DNA of 64,000 nucleotides, from IMG/VR virus record IMGVR_UViG_3300037067_013648, one strand, 5' to 3'. Below are positions 1 through 9,015 of this stretch, piece after piece. Within the stretch, counting starts at the first letter, position 1; each line of letters opens with the position of its first letter. Position numbers and translations under genes: made by a program. Under the pieces are notes generated by a model. The model did not search any database. It had not been told where the DNA came from and saw nothing but the letters and a program-made list of their open reading frames with translations. This stretch comes from an uncultured virus (IMG/VR IMGVR_UViG_3300037067_013648) (taxonomy: Duplodnaviria > Heunggongvirae > Uroviricota > Caudoviricetes).

Positions 1-2
1 AC

Positions 3-77
3 TATGATGGAACAGGAAAATTCAAAAATGGTAAAGAGAAGCCGGAAGCTGGGCTTTCAAGCGCCACCAAGGAATAA
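3..77 (+). CDS. 3' end of an upstream head-module gene (partial)
   Basis: Open frame YDGTGKFKNGKEKPEAGLSSATKE* from the window edge; it contains the AAGGA RBS of the next gene. Confidence 0.5.
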   Translation, partial: YDGTGKFKNGKEKPEAGLSSATKE

Positions 78-80
78 GCC

Positions 81-722
81 ATGGCAATTGGTGAAATAAC
101 AAAAGGACAAATGATAAGGGATTACTTCCCATTAAAAGTAATCCAAAAAGATAACGTTATTGCCGAGTCGGCAACAGGTACTAAACGTAATGTAATGAGA
201 CTTACAAGTCTCGTACAAAAAGCTAATTATCCCAATGAAAATGGAAGAATATATCCATTTGATGTAATGAAAGAGAGTGTAGAATCTATACAGCCATCAA
301 TAAAAGAAAGAATGGTATTAGGTGAATTAGATCATCCAGATGATGCAAAAATTCATACCGAGAATGTTGCCATAATTCTTACTAAATTATGGATGGAAGA
401 CAAAAATGTATATGGTCAATTTGAGGTACTTGAAGGTATGCCTAAAGGCCAGATGGTCAAAGCATTAATAGAACAGGATGTTAGGGTATGTATTAGTAGC
501 CGTGGTACTGGTGATCTTGAATCATATTTAGCTGAAGATGGTAACGAATATAATAAAGTGTTACCGGGGTTTAGGTTTATTACGTTTGATGCAGTCAATG
601 AACCTAGCGTTAGGGACACAAAGCTTAATGTGATGGAGAGTAAACTTCATATAGCTAAGAATAAAAATAGAATTGAACTTGAGAAGAAGTTCTTAGCAGA
701 AACTAAATTAATTTTTAGATAG
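81..722 (+). CDS. gp21: Prohead (maturation) protease, T4 gp21-like
   Basis: Motifs NENGRIYP, LGELDHP, ISSRGTG and FDAVNEPS; sits upstream of scaffold and capsid genes. Confidence 0.93.
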   Translation: MAIGEITKGQMIRDYFPLKVIQKDNVIAESATGTKRNVMRLTSLVQKANYPNENGRIYPFDVMKESVESIQPSIKERMVLGELDHPDDAKIHTENVAIILTKLWMEDKNVYGQFEVLEGMPKGQMVKALIEQDVRVCISSRGTGDLESYLAEDGNEYNKVLPGFRFITFDAVNEPSVRDTKLNVMESKLHIAKNKNRIELEKKFLAETKLIFR

Positions 723-734
723 TATTTTAGTTAT

Positions 735-2441
735 GTGATTGGTAATTCTGAATTTATAGCTAGAGCTAAATTAATTCATGGTGATAAATATGATTATTCA
801 TTAGTTAATTATATTAATATAAGATCAAAGATTAAAATTATATGTAAATTACATGGTGAGTTTGAACAATTACCATGTAATCATTTAAGAGGGAGTGGCT
901 GTCCTGAATGTTCTAATAATATGCAGTTGAATACTATTTCTTTTATTGATAAAGCTAAACAGGTTCATGGTGATAAATATGATTATTCATTGGTAAATTA
1001 TAAAGGGTGTTTTAATAAGGTTAAAATTATATGTAAAATTCATGGTGAATTTGAACAAAGTTCAACACATCATTTAAGAGGATGTAATTGTCCTAAATGT
1101 TCAAATAATATGCAATTGAATACTATTTCTTTTATTGATAAAGCTAAACAGGTTCATGGTGATAAATATGATTATTCATTAGTAAATTATAAAGGGTGTT
1201 TTAATAAAATTAAAATTATATGTAAATTACATGGTGAATTTGAGCAGATTGCAGGTAATCATTTAAAAGGATGTAATTGTCCTAAATGTAATAGTAAAAC
1301 TTTAACAACTAATGAATTTATTATTAAAGCTAAACAGGTTCATGGTGATAGATATAATTATTCATTAGTAGATTATATTAATAGTAAAAAGAAGGTTAAA
1401 ATTATATGTAAAATTCATGGTGAATTTGAACAAGTACCATATGATCATTTGCAAGGATATGGATGCTTAAAATGTTGTCATGATAAAAATAAATCTAATA
1501 CTATTGATTTTATTAATAAGGTTAAAAAAGTTCATGGTGATAAATATGATTATTCATTAGTTAATTATATTAATAGTTCTATAAAAGTTAAAATTATTTG
1601 TAAATTACATGGTATTTTTGAACAATTACCTAATAATCATTTAAGTGCTGGAAATGGTTGCCCAAAATGTCCTAGTTTAATTTCAAAGCAACAACAAGAG
1701 ATAATTGATTATTTATTAAGCTTAAATATTAAATTTAATATTAATGATAGAAACACAATTAAGCCATATGAGTTAGATATTTATATTCCAGATAAAAAAT
1801 TAGCAATAGAATATAATGGAATATATTGGCATAGTGATAAATTTATAGATAAATATTATCACTATGAAAAAGCATTAATCTGTTTTAAAAAAGGAATTAA
1901 ATTAATTCAAATTTTTGAAGATGAATGGTTATTTAGAAATAAAATAATTAAATCAATTATTAATACTGAATTGAATATTGGATTAATTGTTAATAATAAT
2001 TATATAATTAAAGAACTGAATAATATTGAATTTAATAATTTTTATAAAGAAAATAGTTTTAATTATACAAATTGTGAAATAATGATTGGATTAATATATG
2101 AAAATAATTTAGTATGTGCTGCTGGATTTAATAAGCATAATATATATGATTATGAATGTTTTTTCTGTAATAAATTAAATGTTATTAGTTGCATTAATAA
2201 ATTACTTGAATATTTTATTAAAAAATATCAACCAAATTCTATTTTATCATCTATTGATGGTAAATATTTGAATTATAATCAATTGTTCCAGTTTGGATTT
2301 AAATTAATTGATATTACTGATCCTAAATGCTATGACGTTAAAGGTAAACATATTATAAGTAATATAAATATGATTAATAATGGATATAGGCATATATTTG
2401 ATGCAGGACATTGGAACTTTGTATGGCTGAAACAAATTTAA
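735..2441 (+). CDS. Free-standing homing endonuclease (Hef-like): tandem Zn-ribbon repeats, PD-(D/E)XK nuclease and GNAT-like tail
   Basis: Five repeats of AKxVHGDKYDYSLVNY..KIICKxHGEFEQ..HLxGxxCPKC, then ELDIYIPDKKLAIEYNGIYWHS. Confidence 0.85.
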   Translation: MIGNSEFIARAKLIHGDKYDYSLVNYINIRSKIKIICKLHGEFEQLPCNHLRGSGCPECSNNMQLNTISFIDKAKQVHGDKYDYSLVNYKGCFNKVKIICKIHGEFEQSSTHHLRGCNCPKCSNNMQLNTISFIDKAKQVHGDKYDYSLVNYKGCFNKIKIICKLHGEFEQIAGNHLKGCNCPKCNSKTLTTNEFIIKAKQVHGDRYNYSLVDYINSKKKVKIICKIHGEFEQVPYDHLQGYGCLKCCHDKNKSNTIDFINKVKKVHGDKYDYSLVNYINSSIKVKIICKLHGIFEQLPNNHLSAGNGCPKCPSLISKQQQEIIDYLLSLNIKFNINDRNTIKPYELDIYIPDKKLAIEYNGIYWHSDKFIDKYYHYEKALICFKKGIKLIQIFEDEWLFRNKIIKSIINTELNIGLIVNNNYIIKELNNIEFNNFYKENSFNYTNCEIMIGLIYENNLVCAAGFNKHNIYDYECFFCNKLNVISCINKLLEYFIKKYQPNSILSSIDGKYLNYNQLFQFGFKLIDITDPKCYDVKGKHIISNINMINNGYRHIFDAGHWNFVWLKQI

Positions 2442-2526
2442 TTTATGCTTTTGTCTTGTATTAACAATGATTATATAGTAATATATGAGAATATTGATAA
2501 GAAGAAACCATATATCATTGAAGTGA
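2428..2526 (+). repeat. Dispersed repeat copy A (promoter plus MLLSCINN leader); collapsed gene remnant
   Basis: Near-identical to 3928-4010 and 44606-44695 (aaatttaatttatgcttttgtcttgtattaac...gaaaccatatat). Confidence 0.9.
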
Positions 2527-2576
2527 TTTTTTTGTCAAATTTAAATCACCTACCTTACCATTTAAAGGAACTACAA

Positions 2577-3614
2577 ATGGACCGTGATTCAGTTCTTAAG
2601 GCTTTGAGAGAAGAGATTGAGGCTGTTGATAGTGCTGATGGAAAGGGTGTTGCTGCAAAAGAGCCAAAAGAGATGAAGACTCCGAGTGATGCTACTAAAT
2701 CTGAGAAAGTTAAGCTTGATGGTGGTGGTGGTACAGTTGGTGGTGATGGTGGTGGAGTAGAGAAGGGTGGCAAGGCTGCTGAAGGTGCTGATAAGCCGGC
2801 CATTGATAAAGCTGATGGTAAATCGGTTGCTTCTGCTAAAGTTGGTGAAGCTAAAGTTGGTGGTGGGACTGATGGTAAGGCTATGGAAAAGGCTGATGGT
2901 AAATCAGTTGCTTCTGCTTCAACTGGTAAGGCTAAGTTTGGTGGTGGGACTGATGGTAAGGCCATGGAAAAGGCTGATGGTAAGGGTGTTGCAGTTTCTA
3001 CTGTCAAAGCTAGTCCTGACCTTAAGGGAGACAATACTGTGGGCGAAAACATAATCCTTCCGCATGATGTTCTTGTTGAGATGAATGGTAAGAAGATGAC
3101 TCTTAAGGCTGGTACTAAAGTTACTGTTGTTAAAGAGGGTAAGAAGGATGAGGAGTGTGAGGAAGATGATAAGGAGTGTAAGGATAAGAAGGTTGTTAAG
3201 GAAGAGGAAGGTGATGTTCCTGAGTTTTTGAAAGATAAGGAAGAAGATACTGAAGTTGGTAAGGAGGAAGTTGGTAAAGAGGGTGAGGGTGCTGATGAGG
3301 GTGCTGAACTTCCTGAGTTTGGGTCAGAAGTTGATGGTGAAGTTAGTGGTGAAGATATTCCTGAAATAGTTGGTGCTGTTGATACTGCAGAAGGACCAGA
3401 AGAAATAGCTGGTACTGCTCTTGATCAGATAGTTAATTCACTTGATAGTCTTGCTGATGGTTTCCGTGAATTTGCTCAAGAAGAGAAAGCAGAGGAAGAG
3501 CATGGTGGTGAAGGTGGTGCTGAGGCTGCTGAAGAAAAGAAAGAAGAGATTGGCGATACTGAGTTCACAACTCAACTTGAATCAATAAACAAAAAAGCTA
3601 AACTTATTAAGTAA
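2577..3614 (+). CDS. Low-complexity prohead core/internal protein with KADGKxVA repeats and an acidic C-terminus
   Basis: Start re-assigned from 2445 to the ATG at 2577, which follows an AAGGAA RBS; four xxADGKxVA repeats; many (I/L/V)-x-E motifs; head-module context. Confidence 0.7.
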   Translation: MDRDSVLKALREEIEAVDSADGKGVAAKEPKEMKTPSDATKSEKVKLDGGGGTVGGDGGGVEKGGKAAEGADKPAIDKADGKSVASAKVGEAKVGGGTDGKAMEKADGKSVASASTGKAKFGGGTDGKAMEKADGKGVAVSTVKASPDLKGDNTVGENIILPHDVLVEMNGKKMTLKAGTKVTVVKEGKKDEECEEDDKECKDKKVVKEEEGDVPEFLKDKEEDTEVGKEEVGKEGEGADEGAELPEFGSEVDGEVSGEDIPEIVGAVDTAEGPEEIAGTALDQIVNSLDSLADGFREFAQEEKAEEEHGGEGGAEAAEEKKEEIGDTEFTTQLESINKKAKLIK

Positions 3615-3634
3615 TATAGTATACAATAAAATAA

Positions 3635-3676
3635 ATTGATCCCTGAGCTATTTAATGGTTCAGGGATCAATCGTTT
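3635..3676 (+). terminator. Intrinsic terminator
   Basis: Stem attgatccctga / tcagggatcaat followed by cgtttt. Confidence 0.8.
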
Positions 3677-3709
3677 TCAAAAATATAATATAAAAATGCT
3701 AGAAAATAT

Positions 3710-3919
3710 ATGACACTTGGCGACTCAGAATTTGCAAGAAAATTAGAAAAAATTAAAAGTACAACTGTAGGTAAAAATTATCCAGATAATAAGCCAAAAT
3801 CAGTAGAGCCAAAAGAAATAACAGATGAAGACTTGCCAGAAGTTATTGATGCAAGAACACCTGATAAAACTGATGATGGATTAGGAAAAGGATGGCGATC
3901 AATTAGACATGATGCATAA
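3710..3919 (+). CDS. Small hypothetical protein
   Basis: 69-aa ORF between the terminator and the next gene, preceded by an AAATATA motif. Confidence 0.6.
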   Translation: MTLGDSEFARKLEKIKSTTVGKNYPDNKPKSVEPKEITDEDLPEVIDARTPDKTDDGLGKGWRSIRHDA

Positions 3920-3938
3920 TATTTGGAAAATTTAATTT

Positions 3939-5024
3939 ATGCTTTTGTCTTGTATTAACAATAATTATATAGTAATATATGAGAATATTGAGAAAAAGAA
4001 ACCATATATTATCCAAACACTAACAGATGCAGGAATAAAAGACCAAAATATTATTAATTATCTTGTTAAGGCTGACCCAATAGCAGCTAAATCGGGTGGT
4101 AAGAAGACACCATTTATTAATTTAATACTCAAATGGTTAATCAATAATAAAATAAAACTTCCTGAGGATATTGATACTGTTAGTGAAGTATTAGGTAAAG
4201 CTAATGATTTAGTTAACAATAAAGGGGTTAAACTTGATATTAATAATTATGAATCACCAGGGGATTTAAGAAAAGATGTTAATGATAAATTAGGAGTGGT
4301 GGAGAAAGGGGCTTATGATTATCTTGAGTTAGTTAATCAGATTCCTGGTTATAAATTATATAAGGTTGACTCATGGGAGGAAGGTAAAGTAGCGTTTAAG
4401 GATAGTGGTTGGTGTGTTCAACGTAAGAATCATTTTAATAACTATAAGCCTCCTTATTTTATGGTGGTTACTAGTGATGATAAGCGTTATGCTTTAATGC
4501 ATAAAAATAGTAATAGTATTAAGGATGTTCATGATAATAGTTTAACAATTGATAAAGCTATTCCAATTAAGAAATTTATACTTGAATTGTGGCCAAAATT
4601 TGAATATAGTAATGATTTAATGTCAATTAATGATTTATGGCCTGATGCTATTAATGAGATAAAGAAGAATCCAGAATGGGCTTATACATATGCTGATGAA
4701 GTTATTAAGGGTAAATGGCCAGAAGGTGAAGAAGCTATTAAAAAAGATCCAGAATGGGCTTATTATTATGCTTGTCAGATTATTGGTGGTAAATGGCCAG
4801 AAGGTGAAGAAGCTATTAAAAGAGATCCAGTATATGCTTATAATTATGCTCGTGATATTATTAAGGATAAGTGGCCAGAGGCAGAAGAAACCATTAAAAA
4901 AGATTCACAATGGGCTTATAGGTATGCTCGTGATGTTATTAAGGGTAGGTGGCCAGAGGCCGAAGAAACTATAAAACAAGATCCAGTATGGTGGAATGAA
5001 TATACTAAATTTATTAAAAATTAG
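3939..5024 (+). CDS. Helical-repeat protein with four-plus 26-aa KxDPxWAYxYAxxxIKGxWPExEExI repeats and an N-terminal GWC..F..Y domain
   Basis: 78-bp coding repeats at about 4660-5000; the 5' end is dispersed-repeat copy B. Confidence 0.85.
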   Translation: MLLSCINNNYIVIYENIEKKKPYIIQTLTDAGIKDQNIINYLVKADPIAAKSGGKKTPFINLILKWLINNKIKLPEDIDTVSEVLGKANDLVNNKGVKLDINNYESPGDLRKDVNDKLGVVEKGAYDYLELVNQIPGYKLYKVDSWEEGKVAFKDSGWCVQRKNHFNNYKPPYFMVVTSDDKRYALMHKNSNSIKDVHDNSLTIDKAIPIKKFILELWPKFEYSNDLMSINDLWPDAINEIKKNPEWAYTYADEVIKGKWPEGEEAIKKDPEWAYYYACQIIGGKWPEGEEAIKRDPVYAYNYARDIIKDKWPEAEETIKKDSQWAYRYARDVIKGRWPEAEETIKQDPVWWNEYTKFIKN

Positions 5025-5649
5025 TTTTATACTTATATTGTTTAAAATAGTGTTCAATAAATAATTTTTTATCACTATTATTATCAAGATCTATTAATAT
5101 TTTATTATCAATTAAAAAATCAAATTTGTGAATACCAAGAAAGAAATTCTCTTCAAATATTATACCTAATTTATTTAACTTTAACTTTAAAGAATTATGA
5201 TCTTTATTATTAAAAATAACATTAATGTCCTTTTTATCTTTAGAAGTTAAAACCTTTAAACGATAATCATTATCTAACCATTTACCTTTAATTCTACCAG
5301 ATATTTTATTTCTATAATTTTTTAAACCCCATAATTTTTTAACCCTATTACTATTGTCAGATTTATTTTTGGAACTTTGATAATATTTTCTTAAAGATTT
5401 ACTGATTTTTTCAGCATTTTTAGCATTATTAATAGTAGCAATAATGCTCATTTTAGACTTAACAACTTCATCAGATAAAGATTTTAAAGAACGATCTCTA
5501 GATTCATTTTTAAACTTATTAGATTGAGTAGTATTTTTAATTTTACATAATCTGCAGACAAAATCGTTAATATCATTTTTGATAGCCCATCTAGGTAAAA
5601 ATTCATAAGTATTATTGCACTTCTTGCAAACTACTTTAATCTTAATCAT
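5014..5649 (-). CDS. Degenerate endonuclease-like protein (Zn ribbon, basic helical repeats, DUF559-like tail)
   Basis: CKKC...CRLC; KxKMS/KIS repeats; FEENFFLGIHKFDFLID. Confidence 0.5.
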   Translation of the reverse strand: MIKIKVVCKKCNNTYEFLPRWAIKNDINDFVCRLCKIKNTTQSNKFKNESRDRSLKSLSDEVVKSKMSIIATINNAKNAEKISKSLRKYYQSSKNKSDNSNRVKKLWGLKNYRNKISGRIKGKWLDNDYRLKVLTSKDKKDINVIFNNKDHNSLKLKLNKLGIIFEENFFLGIHKFDFLIDNKILIDLDNNSDKKLFIEHYFKQYKYKTNF

Positions 5650-6331
5650 TTTTCTGCTTTGTATTAATACTCATTGTCATTTGAAAATTAGCTAAAAACT
5701 CAGATGAATATTCTTCATTATCATCAAATTGTTTGTTTGGAATACTAACAACTTCTCCATTTAAAATATCAAAAGCTTTCCAAGGTGGGTCTTCATTACA
5801 TAAACCATCTAAGCCAGTATAAGCAATATGTTTAAAAGACATAATTTCATTATTCCAAGAAATATCGCTAATATCACGTGGTTTTTCGTATCTACCAGTA
5901 AAAATAGGATTTAATGGATCAGAAATAATATATGTTAAAATATCATATCCACAAGCCCAATAACAACCAGATACAGCTAAATAATTTTTACATGGGCTAA
6001 GATAAAAGCTAGCAGGGCACCAATTGTCAGGAGTTAACTTAACAGATTTACCACTAATTAAATCAAAAACCATTCCAGCCATATAAGTATCTGTAGGAGA
6101 TATTAAATAAATACTATTATTATTTAATATAGTTGCTGGAAACCTGCTATATTCATGATCAAAATGAGCTACAAGTTCATCTTTAAGAAAAATATCAACT
6201 TTACAAACTTCCCAGCATCCAGGTTTTGTTGACATAGTAGTACGAATAATTTTCACATCACCAATAATTTCTTCACTAGATTTAATAGGCTTATAATCTT
6301 TGAATTTGTCAGATTCATAATTGAATAGCAT
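5642..6331 (-). CDS. Hypothetical protein
   Basis: 229-aa ORF with AAGGAA RBS and an upstream GTATTTT motif. Confidence 0.7.
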   Translation of the reverse strand: MLFNYESDKFKDYKPIKSSEEIIGDVKIIRTTMSTKPGCWEVCKVDIFLKDELVAHFDHEYSRFPATILNNNSIYLISPTDTYMAGMVFDLISGKSVKLTPDNWCPASFYLSPCKNYLAVSGCYWACGYDILTYIISDPLNPIFTGRYEKPRDISDISWNNEIMSFKHIAYTGLDGLCNEDPPWKAFDILNGEVVSIPNKQFDDNEEYSSEFLANFQMTMSINTKQKND

Positions 6332-6394
6332 TTAGTTTCCTTGTTTGAAATTATTTACTTATAATAAAATACATAAATAATATTGTATAACTAC

Positions 6395-6472
6395 TTGTTA
6401 ATTAACAAAATTACAGTACATGGGTTAATTAACCTAATAATTACCCCAATTCCGTCACTAAATGACAAGGAA
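6395..6472 (+). promoter_or_regulatory. Twin GTTAATTAAC palindromes and an RBS-overlapping hairpin upstream of the scaffold/capsid genes
   Basis: ttgttaattaacaa at 6395-6408, ggttaattaacc at 6423-6434; ttcc-gtca-ctaaa-tgac-aa-ggaa at 6450-6472. Confidence 0.5.
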
Positions 6473-6479
6473 TCACACG

Positions 6480-7187
6480 ATGGACCTCACTAAAATAGAA
6501 GCAATCCTCAAGAAAATGGGGATATCAGAAGAAGCAATAAAAGAATTCACCAAAACCGTAACAGAACACTTCACATCAAAAGAAAAAGCCCTTAAAGAAG
6601 AATTCACTCAGCGTTTAAATAAAGCCAAACAAGTTTGCGTAGAAGAAGTAGAAACCCATAAAGCAGCCCTCTCAAGAGGAATCCAGCGCTTCCTTGAAGC
6701 TAAAGTCTCCTCAATTGAAAAAGCTGCCACAAAGAAACATGCTATTGAAGAGTCAGAAGCCACTACCAAACTCAAGCAGCTAAAAGCATTACTTGAGGGA
6801 ATAAATGTAGATGGCGCAGAAAGCAAACAAGCTCTTCAGGCTGCGAAGGAACAGACCACCGCTGTCGAAAAGCAATTAGCAGAATCACGCGAAGCACTGC
6901 AACGCGAAAAAGCTAAATCAGCTAAACTCTCAGAAATAGCTGAAAAGAGTATGGCACGTCAAACCGCCATGGAGAGTAAAGTCTCAACTCTCGTAAAGCA
7001 AATCGAAGAGAGCAAAACAGCAGGTCAAAAGCAAGAAAAAACCCTTGCTGAAGAGAAGAAAGTCTCAGAAAAGCCCAAAACCACCATACAGGAAAACAAG
7101 CAGCAAGTAGCTGCCAAACCTGTACAGAAGCAGCAAATAGAATCGACCAACGAAATCGATGATATAGCTGCCACCATAGAAGAATAA
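6480..7187 (+). CDS. Prohead core scaffolding protein (T4 gp22-like position)
   Basis: Coiled-coil E/K/A-rich protein directly upstream of the capsid gene; AAGGAA RBS before the ATG at 6480. Confidence 0.8.
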   Translation: MDLTKIEAILKKMGISEEAIKEFTKTVTEHFTSKEKALKEEFTQRLNKAKQVCVEEVETHKAALSRGIQRFLEAKVSSIEKAATKKHAIEESEATTKLKQLKALLEGINVDGAESKQALQAAKEQTTAVEKQLAESREALQREKAKSAKLSEIAEKSMARQTAMESKVSTLVKQIEESKTAGQKQEKTLAEEKKVSEKPKTTIQENKQQVAAKPVQKQQIESTNEIDDIAATIEE

Positions 7188-7212
7188 CCAATCCAACCTG
7201 GGAGATATACAC

Positions 7213-8706
7213 GTGAACAAGCGCCAAGAAATCCTCTTAACCGAGGCCAAGAGAAACGATCAGGTCCGCCGTTGGGCCAAAGTCCTCAACAAGATGCCAG
7301 AAGTCAAGTCCAATCGCAAGATGGGCCTGATGGCTGCCATCATGGAAAACCAGTACGCCCACATGAAGGGCGGAAAAGGTGTCCTGTTTGAGGATGCTAC
7401 AACCACCAACAACATTGCCGACTTCACCCGCTTCGCCCTCCCCCTGCTCCGCAAGAGCTACCCCAAGCTGATAGCTGACAACCTCGTTGGCGTTCAGCCC
7501 ATGAGCCAGCCAGCCTCACTCATATTCTACGTGCGCTACCGCTACGGCATCAGCAAAGGTCAGACCGTTGCTGGTACGCAGATCATGCGTCAGAATACCT
7601 CGCAGGCTTACGCTCGTCAGAATGGTTGGGCGCTCGATCCTTACTACTCGTCACAGACGGTTAAGGATGAGAACCTCACCATCGCTGGAAGCGTAATCAG
7701 CGGGCAACTTGCCCATAAGCCGGTTCTGTCAGGCACAGTAGTGGTTAACGTCCACGCTGCTGATACCAACTCATGCGACACCCCGACCCCCCTGCTCCAG
7801 GTAAGCTTCGATTCGAAGGGCAACCCTGATAACGTGTTGATTGGAGACGTAACTGGACTTGCGGTTGATACCACAACCACAGGTGCCACATTCTTCAACC
7901 ATGATACCGCTCAGGTAATTGTAACCCTCTCGGGTGGAACCCTGCCAACTGGCGCGTTCGGTACTGTCGATTACGAGTTCGACCTGGAAAATAACCCGTT
8001 CCAGCCCGAAGTCACCCTGTCAATCGACAGCGATTCAGTTTCGGCCATAACCCGCAAACTGAAGACCTCGTGGAGCCTTGAGGCTGCTCAGGATTTCAAG
8101 TTTGTGCACAACATGGACGCTGAAGCTACCCTGACCGACCTCATGGGTGATGAAATCGTCGCTGAAATTGATCGTGAAATCATCAACGACCTGATCATCG
8201 CTTCAAGCATCCGTGCGACCCACAACTTCGCAACGGCTGCTGGTGCCTCGGTGAACTTCATCGACCGCAACATCGCCCTGCTGTACAAGACCCTGGAAGT
8301 GGCCAACGTCATCCACCGTACCACCCTCCGTGGTCCGGCCAACTGGATGGTTACATCGGCTGATATTTCCAGCAAGTTCGAACAACTGAACGACTTCCGT
8401 GGTTCAGATGTTCTCGCCACCGATGGAATCGACATTGGGATAACCAATGCTGGTACCATACAGGGTAAACTGAAGCTGTACAAAGATCCGCTCTTCCCAA
8501 ACTGCAAAATTTTACTTGGTTTCAAGGGTAACAGTGCATTGGATAGTGGTTACTTCTATGCTCCTTATATCCCACTGCTCAGCACTCCAATTGTACTTGA
8601 TCCGAATAGCTACACCCCATCGAAGGGTGTGATGACTCGTTATGGCAAGAAGCTGATCGAGGACGGTGGGTTATACTATGGTACCATTAACGTTTCAAAC
8701 TTATAA
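7213..8706 (+). CDS. gp23: Major capsid protein, T4 gp23-like
   Basis: LIADNLVGVQPMSQP, RKLKTSWSLEAAQD, EIVAEIDREII, GYFYAPYIPL, KGVMTRYG; GGAG RBS with GTG start. Confidence 0.97.
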   Translation: MNKRQEILLTEAKRNDQVRRWAKVLNKMPEVKSNRKMGLMAAIMENQYAHMKGGKGVLFEDATTTNNIADFTRFALPLLRKSYPKLIADNLVGVQPMSQPASLIFYVRYRYGISKGQTVAGTQIMRQNTSQAYARQNGWALDPYYSSQTVKDENLTIAGSVISGQLAHKPVLSGTVVVNVHAADTNSCDTPTPLLQVSFDSKGNPDNVLIGDVTGLAVDTTTTGATFFNHDTAQVIVTLSGGTLPTGAFGTVDYEFDLENNPFQPEVTLSIDSDSVSAITRKLKTSWSLEAAQDFKFVHNMDAEATLTDLMGDEIVAEIDREIINDLIIASSIRATHNFATAAGASVNFIDRNIALLYKTLEVANVIHRTTLRGPANWMVTSADISSKFEQLNDFRGSDVLATDGIDIGITNAGTIQGKLKLYKDPLFPNCKILLGFKGNSALDSGYFYAPYIPLLSTPIVLDPNSYTPSKGVMTRYGKKLIEDGGLYYGTINVSNL

Positions 8707-8719
8707 GACGTATAAAAAT

Positions 8720-8884
8720 TACGAGAAATGCTTCTCGTACGATTCTCCCGGTGATATTTCACCGGGAGAATTTGTTTTAAATATGTTTATATAAAATTGT
8801 AAATATATTTAAAACAAATTAAAAGTATATTTACTTTTAGTTAGTTGTACTTTTAATTTATAATTTATTTAAAGTACAACTAAC
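8720..8884. repeat. Five abutting inverted repeats; the second (8742-8771) is the likely capsid-gene terminator
   Basis: Arm pairs 8720-27/8732-39, 8742-54/8759-71, 8769-84/8805-20, 8820-27/8832-39 and 8840-53/8871-84. Confidence 0.9.
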
Positions 8885-8981
8885 GATTTACTATTTGATA
8901 TTTTTTGTTAATGTGTTTATAATTTTATAATTGATATAAAATAATAATATATTATACATAAACTGCAAAATTGTAAATGTA

Positions 8982-9009
8982 TTGACAAAAATAAATGATT
9001 TGATATAAT
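8982..9009 (+). promoter_or_regulatory. Consensus sigma-70 promoter with extended -10; leaderless start at 9016
   Basis: TTGACA-16 bp-TATAAT with TG at 9001-9002; ATG follows 6 nt after the -10 element. Confidence 0.85.
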
Positions 9010-9015
9010 AATATT

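Noticed and set aside
735..1680. Nucleotide repeats as a DGR template/variable pair or CRISPR
   Set aside because: They are in-frame Zn-ribbon domain repeats; differences are not adenine-specific and no reverse transcriptase is present in the window
2445..2576. ORF-track N-terminal extension MLLSCINN... on the core protein
   Set aside because: It is the dispersed-repeat remnant. A separate AAATTTA motif, an AAGGAA RBS and a composition change support the start at 2577, although the in-frame fusion could be translated occasionally
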